Part shown: positions 61,080 through 64,000 of the stretch, piece by piece
Layout: every line of letters starts with the position of its first letter
How positions within the stretch are numbered: the first letter of the stretch is position 1
Source: Anaerolineae bacterium
Lineage (GTDB): Bacteria; Chloroflexota; Anaerolineae; B4-G1; SLSP01
Direction: 5' to 3'
DNA length: 64,000 nt
NCBI GenBank assembly: GCA_034429475.1
Contig: DAOUGD010000159.1
Location: 1,604-65,603, forward strand
Program-made: the position numbers and the translations under genes
The notes under the pieces: model-generated
Told to the model about the DNA's origin: nothing
The model's database searches: none
Seen by the model: the letters and a program-made list of their open reading frames with translations, nothing else

Positions 61080-62465
61080 ATGATTATGACAAAAGGGCGC
61101 GCCCCCCGGTCTCGTAGCGTCTTGCCGATTTTGATGACGGCTGTGTTGATCATTATGTTGTTAGCCATTGGCGTAGGCGTGGCTTCTTTTGTGCTCTCCT
61201 GGCTGCGCGGCTCATTGACCACCCCCGGCAGCATTGTCCCCGGCCTGCCGAGCAGCACCCAGCCAAGCGAGAACGTCAAATATGAGTTCGGCGCCATATT
61301 GCCCACCTGGACCAGCAAGGATCGCGTCACCGTCCTGCTTCTGGGGATTGACGAGCGTGCACAGGAAACCGGCCCCTTCCGCACGGATACGATGATGGTG
61401 TTGACGCTTGATCCCGTGACCAAACAGGGCGGCGTGCTTTCCATCCCCCGTGACCTCTGGGTGCCGATCCCCGGCTACCAGGATGGGCGGATCAACACGG
61501 CGCACTTCCTCGGCGACCTCTATGGCTATACCGGCGGCGGCCCGGCACTGGCGCAAGCGACCGTTGAGTACAACCTGGGGGTTCAGGTAGATTATTACGT
61601 GCGCGTCAATTTCCAGGGGTTCGTCACGTTGGTGAACGCCGTGGGTGGCGTCAACATCTACGTCGAAGAGCCAATTAGCGACCCGACGTACCCTGATTAC
61701 CACTACGGCTATGAGCCGTTGTACATTGAGGCCGGGTGGCAACATTTCGATGGCGAAATGGCCTTGAAATACGCCCGCACCCGCCACGGCAGCAGTGACT
61801 TCGACCGCGCCCGCCGCCAACAACAGGTGATGCTGGCGGTGCTGAATCAGGTGATAGACCTGAATATGGCGCCCACGTTGGCCCGCAACGCCTCCGAATT
61901 GTACGAGACGCTGCAAGCCTCGGTGCAGACGAATCTGGCATTGGATCAAATTTTGGCCCTGGCGAACCTGGTGCAAGAGGTTGATCGCTCCCAAATCCGT
62001 TTCGGGGTTATTGACAACACTTGCACGCAGTCCTGGGTGACGCCCGAAGGTTGGCAAGTCCTGGTGCCGCTGCGCGATCAGATGCGCGCCGTGCGGGATT
62101 ACGTCTTCTTTGCGGATCAACCGCAGGCTACAGGGAGCGTGGACGAAGCGGGGCAGCCCCTGCCCACCGCAACGCCGGAAATGGCAACCATCTCCGTCCT
62201 GAACGGAACCGCACAGGCCGGATTGGCCGGTGGCACCGGCGATTATTTGAGCGCAAACGGGTTAACGGTGACAAATGTGGGCAACGCCGAAGATGCGACC
62301 TACGCCAAGAGCCTGATCATTATGAACCGGGATAAGTCCGCAACGGCTAACCGCATTGCGACGTTATTGGGGTTGACGTCGGCGGCTATCGTGCATGGGA
62401 CGGACGCGAACGCCGCCCACGACATCGTGGTAATTCTCGGCGCGGACTATGCCGGGCCGCCCTAA
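61080..62465 (+). CDS. LCP protein with LytR_C domain
   Basis: LLLGID, RTDTMM, SIPRDL, ALKYARTRHGSSDFDRARRQQQV, VLNGT; TGGTATAAT promoter at 61044-61052. Confidence 0.92.
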   Translation: MIMTKGRAPRSRSVLPILMTAVLIIMLLAIGVGVASFVLSWLRGSLTTPGSIVPGLPSSTQPSENVKYEFGAILPTWTSKDRVTVLLLGIDERAQETGPFRTDTMMVLTLDPVTKQGGVLSIPRDLWVPIPGYQDGRINTAHFLGDLYGYTGGGPALAQATVEYNLGVQVDYYVRVNFQGFVTLVNAVGGVNIYVEEPISDPTYPDYHYGYEPLYIEAGWQHFDGEMALKYARTRHGSSDFDRARRQQQVMLAVLNQVIDLNMAPTLARNASELYETLQASVQTNLALDQILALANLVQEVDRSQIRFGVIDNTCTQSWVTPEGWQVLVPLRDQMRAVRDYVFFADQPQATGSVDEAGQPLPTATPEMATISVLNGTAQAGLAGGTGDYLSANGLTVTNVGNAEDATYAKSLIIMNRDKSATANRIATLLGLTSAAIVHGTDANAAHDIVVILGADYAGPP

Positions 62466-62523
62466 TAGCTAAACGATATTGTGCCAAGTTTTACTCGTTC
62501 TTCTATAAGCGAGTAGGTGGGGA

Positions 62524-63921
62524 ATGAATGAAATAAACACTACGGTGCCGGCCCCTGCCGCCGCGCGCCAACAATTTCCGGTTAAACTGCTGCTGAGAAT
62601 TAGCCTCGTCGTGCTCTACCTGATCATCATCCTGAGCGCGGGCTACGCCATCTTCGCCAAGGTGCGGGAGCAAGTCGCCGGCTCTAGCATTCTGCCGGAA
62701 TTTACCATCAAACGTGCCGAAGGCGAGGGAAGTCCCAACATCGAGATCAAAGAGGGGGAGACGTGGCCGGAGTGGACCAACACCGAGCCGGTCACCTTCT
62801 TGATCATGGGCATTGATGAGCGCATGCAAGAGGATGAAAAGTATTGGCGCACCGATACCATGATTATCGCCACCCTCGACCCGGTCACGATGAAAGCCGG
62901 TGTGCTTTCGATTCCACGCGACCTGTGGGTTCACATTCCCGGTTACACCGAGGATCGCATCAACACCGCGCATCGCATCGGCGACATGTACGAACATCCG
63001 GGTGGTGGGCCAGCGCTCGCCATCGAGACGGTGGAGTACAACCTGGGCGTAGAGATTAACTACTACGTCCGATTCAATTTCCAGGCGTTTGTTGAGATCG
63101 TGGACCGGATTGGAGGCATTGACATTGACGTGCCAGAGGAGATTCACGACACGCAATATCCTACCCCTGACTTTGGTTACGAAGTGTTCCACGTGGACGC
63201 CGGTCTGCATCACTTCTATGGGGAAGAAGCACTCAAGTATGCACGCACCCGCCATACCAACGGCGGCGATTTTGACCGGGCGCGCCGCCAACAACAAGTG
63301 CTCAAGGCTATCTTCAAGCAAGTCACAAAGGCCGATATGTTCCCGCAACTGGCCGCGCAGGCCCCGGAGATGTTGGAAATCCTGCAAAACTCCATCAAGA
63401 TTGATCCCAAGCTGCAACTGGACGAGTTGATCGCCCTGGCGAACCTGGCGCGAAAGGTCAACATGGACGAAGATGTCACCTTCCGCGTCATTGACGAACG
63501 CTGCACCTTGTTTAAGACTACGCCGGACGAAATGATGATTCTGGTGCCGCTGCGCGATGAGATTCGAGTGGTGCGGGACGAAGTGTTTGGCCTGCGAGCG
63601 GAAAGCGAAGGAGTACAAACCGTAGAGGAAGAAGCCCCCACCATCTCCGTCCTCAACGGCACCGGGACGGCGGGCCTGGCCTACGCCGCCGCCGAATTTT
63701 TGCAGGCCAACGGTATCCCGGTGACCAATTACGACAACGCCGACCGCCAGGACTACGACACCTCGCTGGTCATCCTCAATCGCGCCAAGCCGGCGACCGC
63801 GCTGCAAATTCTCTCCCTGTTGGAGTTGCCTCAGTCTGCCGTCATCAACGGCGCCAACCCCACCGCCCAATACGACGTGGTTATCATCCTGGGCGCAGAC
63901 TACGCCGCGCAGCAGCCCTGA
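62524..63921 (+). CDS. LCP protein with LytR_C domain (tandem paralog)
   Basis: IMGID, RTDTMI, SIPRDL, ALKYARTRH..GDFDRARRQQQV, VLNGT. Confidence 0.92.
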   Translation: MNEINTTVPAPAAARQQFPVKLLLRISLVVLYLIIILSAGYAIFAKVREQVAGSSILPEFTIKRAEGEGSPNIEIKEGETWPEWTNTEPVTFLIMGIDERMQEDEKYWRTDTMIIATLDPVTMKAGVLSIPRDLWVHIPGYTEDRINTAHRIGDMYEHPGGGPALAIETVEYNLGVEINYYVRFNFQAFVEIVDRIGGIDIDVPEEIHDTQYPTPDFGYEVFHVDAGLHHFYGEEALKYARTRHTNGGDFDRARRQQQVLKAIFKQVTKADMFPQLAAQAPEMLEILQNSIKIDPKLQLDELIALANLARKVNMDEDVTFRVIDERCTLFKTTPDEMMILVPLRDEIRVVRDEVFGLRAESEGVQTVEEEAPTISVLNGTGTAGLAYAAAEFLQANGIPVTNYDNADRQDYDTSLVILNRAKPATALQILSLLELPQSAVINGANPTAQYDVVIILGADYAAQQP

Positions 63922-63927
63922 TTTTTT

Positions 63928-63983
63928 ACGCAAAGGCGCAAAGACGCTAAGAAAGAAAACCTGGCGTCTTTGCGCCTTTGCGT
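63928..63983. repeat. Palindromic element, ACGCAAAG family
   Basis: ACGCAAAGGCGCAAAGACGC...GCGTCTTTGCGCCTTTGCGT. Confidence 0.85.
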
Positions 63984-64000
63984 GAAACGCTCTTTGTTTA

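Overview
GC-rich chromosomal window, most likely from a Chloroflexota (Anaerolineae-like) bacterium. That placement is inferred from the archaeal-type mevalonate kinase/IPK pair, the eukaryote/archaeal-type ProRS, LCP-LytR_C paralogs, GT-C glycosyltransferases and Thr/Pro-rich lipoprotein linkers. It holds housekeeping genes (glgP, a stand-alone rpoC, proS, pepA, rnj, tRNA-Glu), a carotenoid glycosyl-ester cluster, a peptide ABC operon plus an orphan second permease pair, an ECF sigma/anti-sigma locus and several envelope glycosylation genes. No transposase, integrase, phage gene or CRISPR array was seen. The best candidate for an undescribed system is a compact operon at 15780-17897: an atypical MFS-like protein, three tandem paralogous ~70-aa membrane micro-proteins (leader, conserved D-x-x-P-P, one TM helix, basic tail) and a small 4-TM protein with membrane-embedded Glu/His/Asn residues. 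Other notable signals are many short periodic palindromic repeats (one nested three-deep, several translated in frame inside genes), a monocistronic rpoC with an attenuator-like leader, a histidine pseudo-kinase and a tRNA-like cloverleaf behind tRNA-Glu. All family calls come from motif recognition by eye; no database searches were run.
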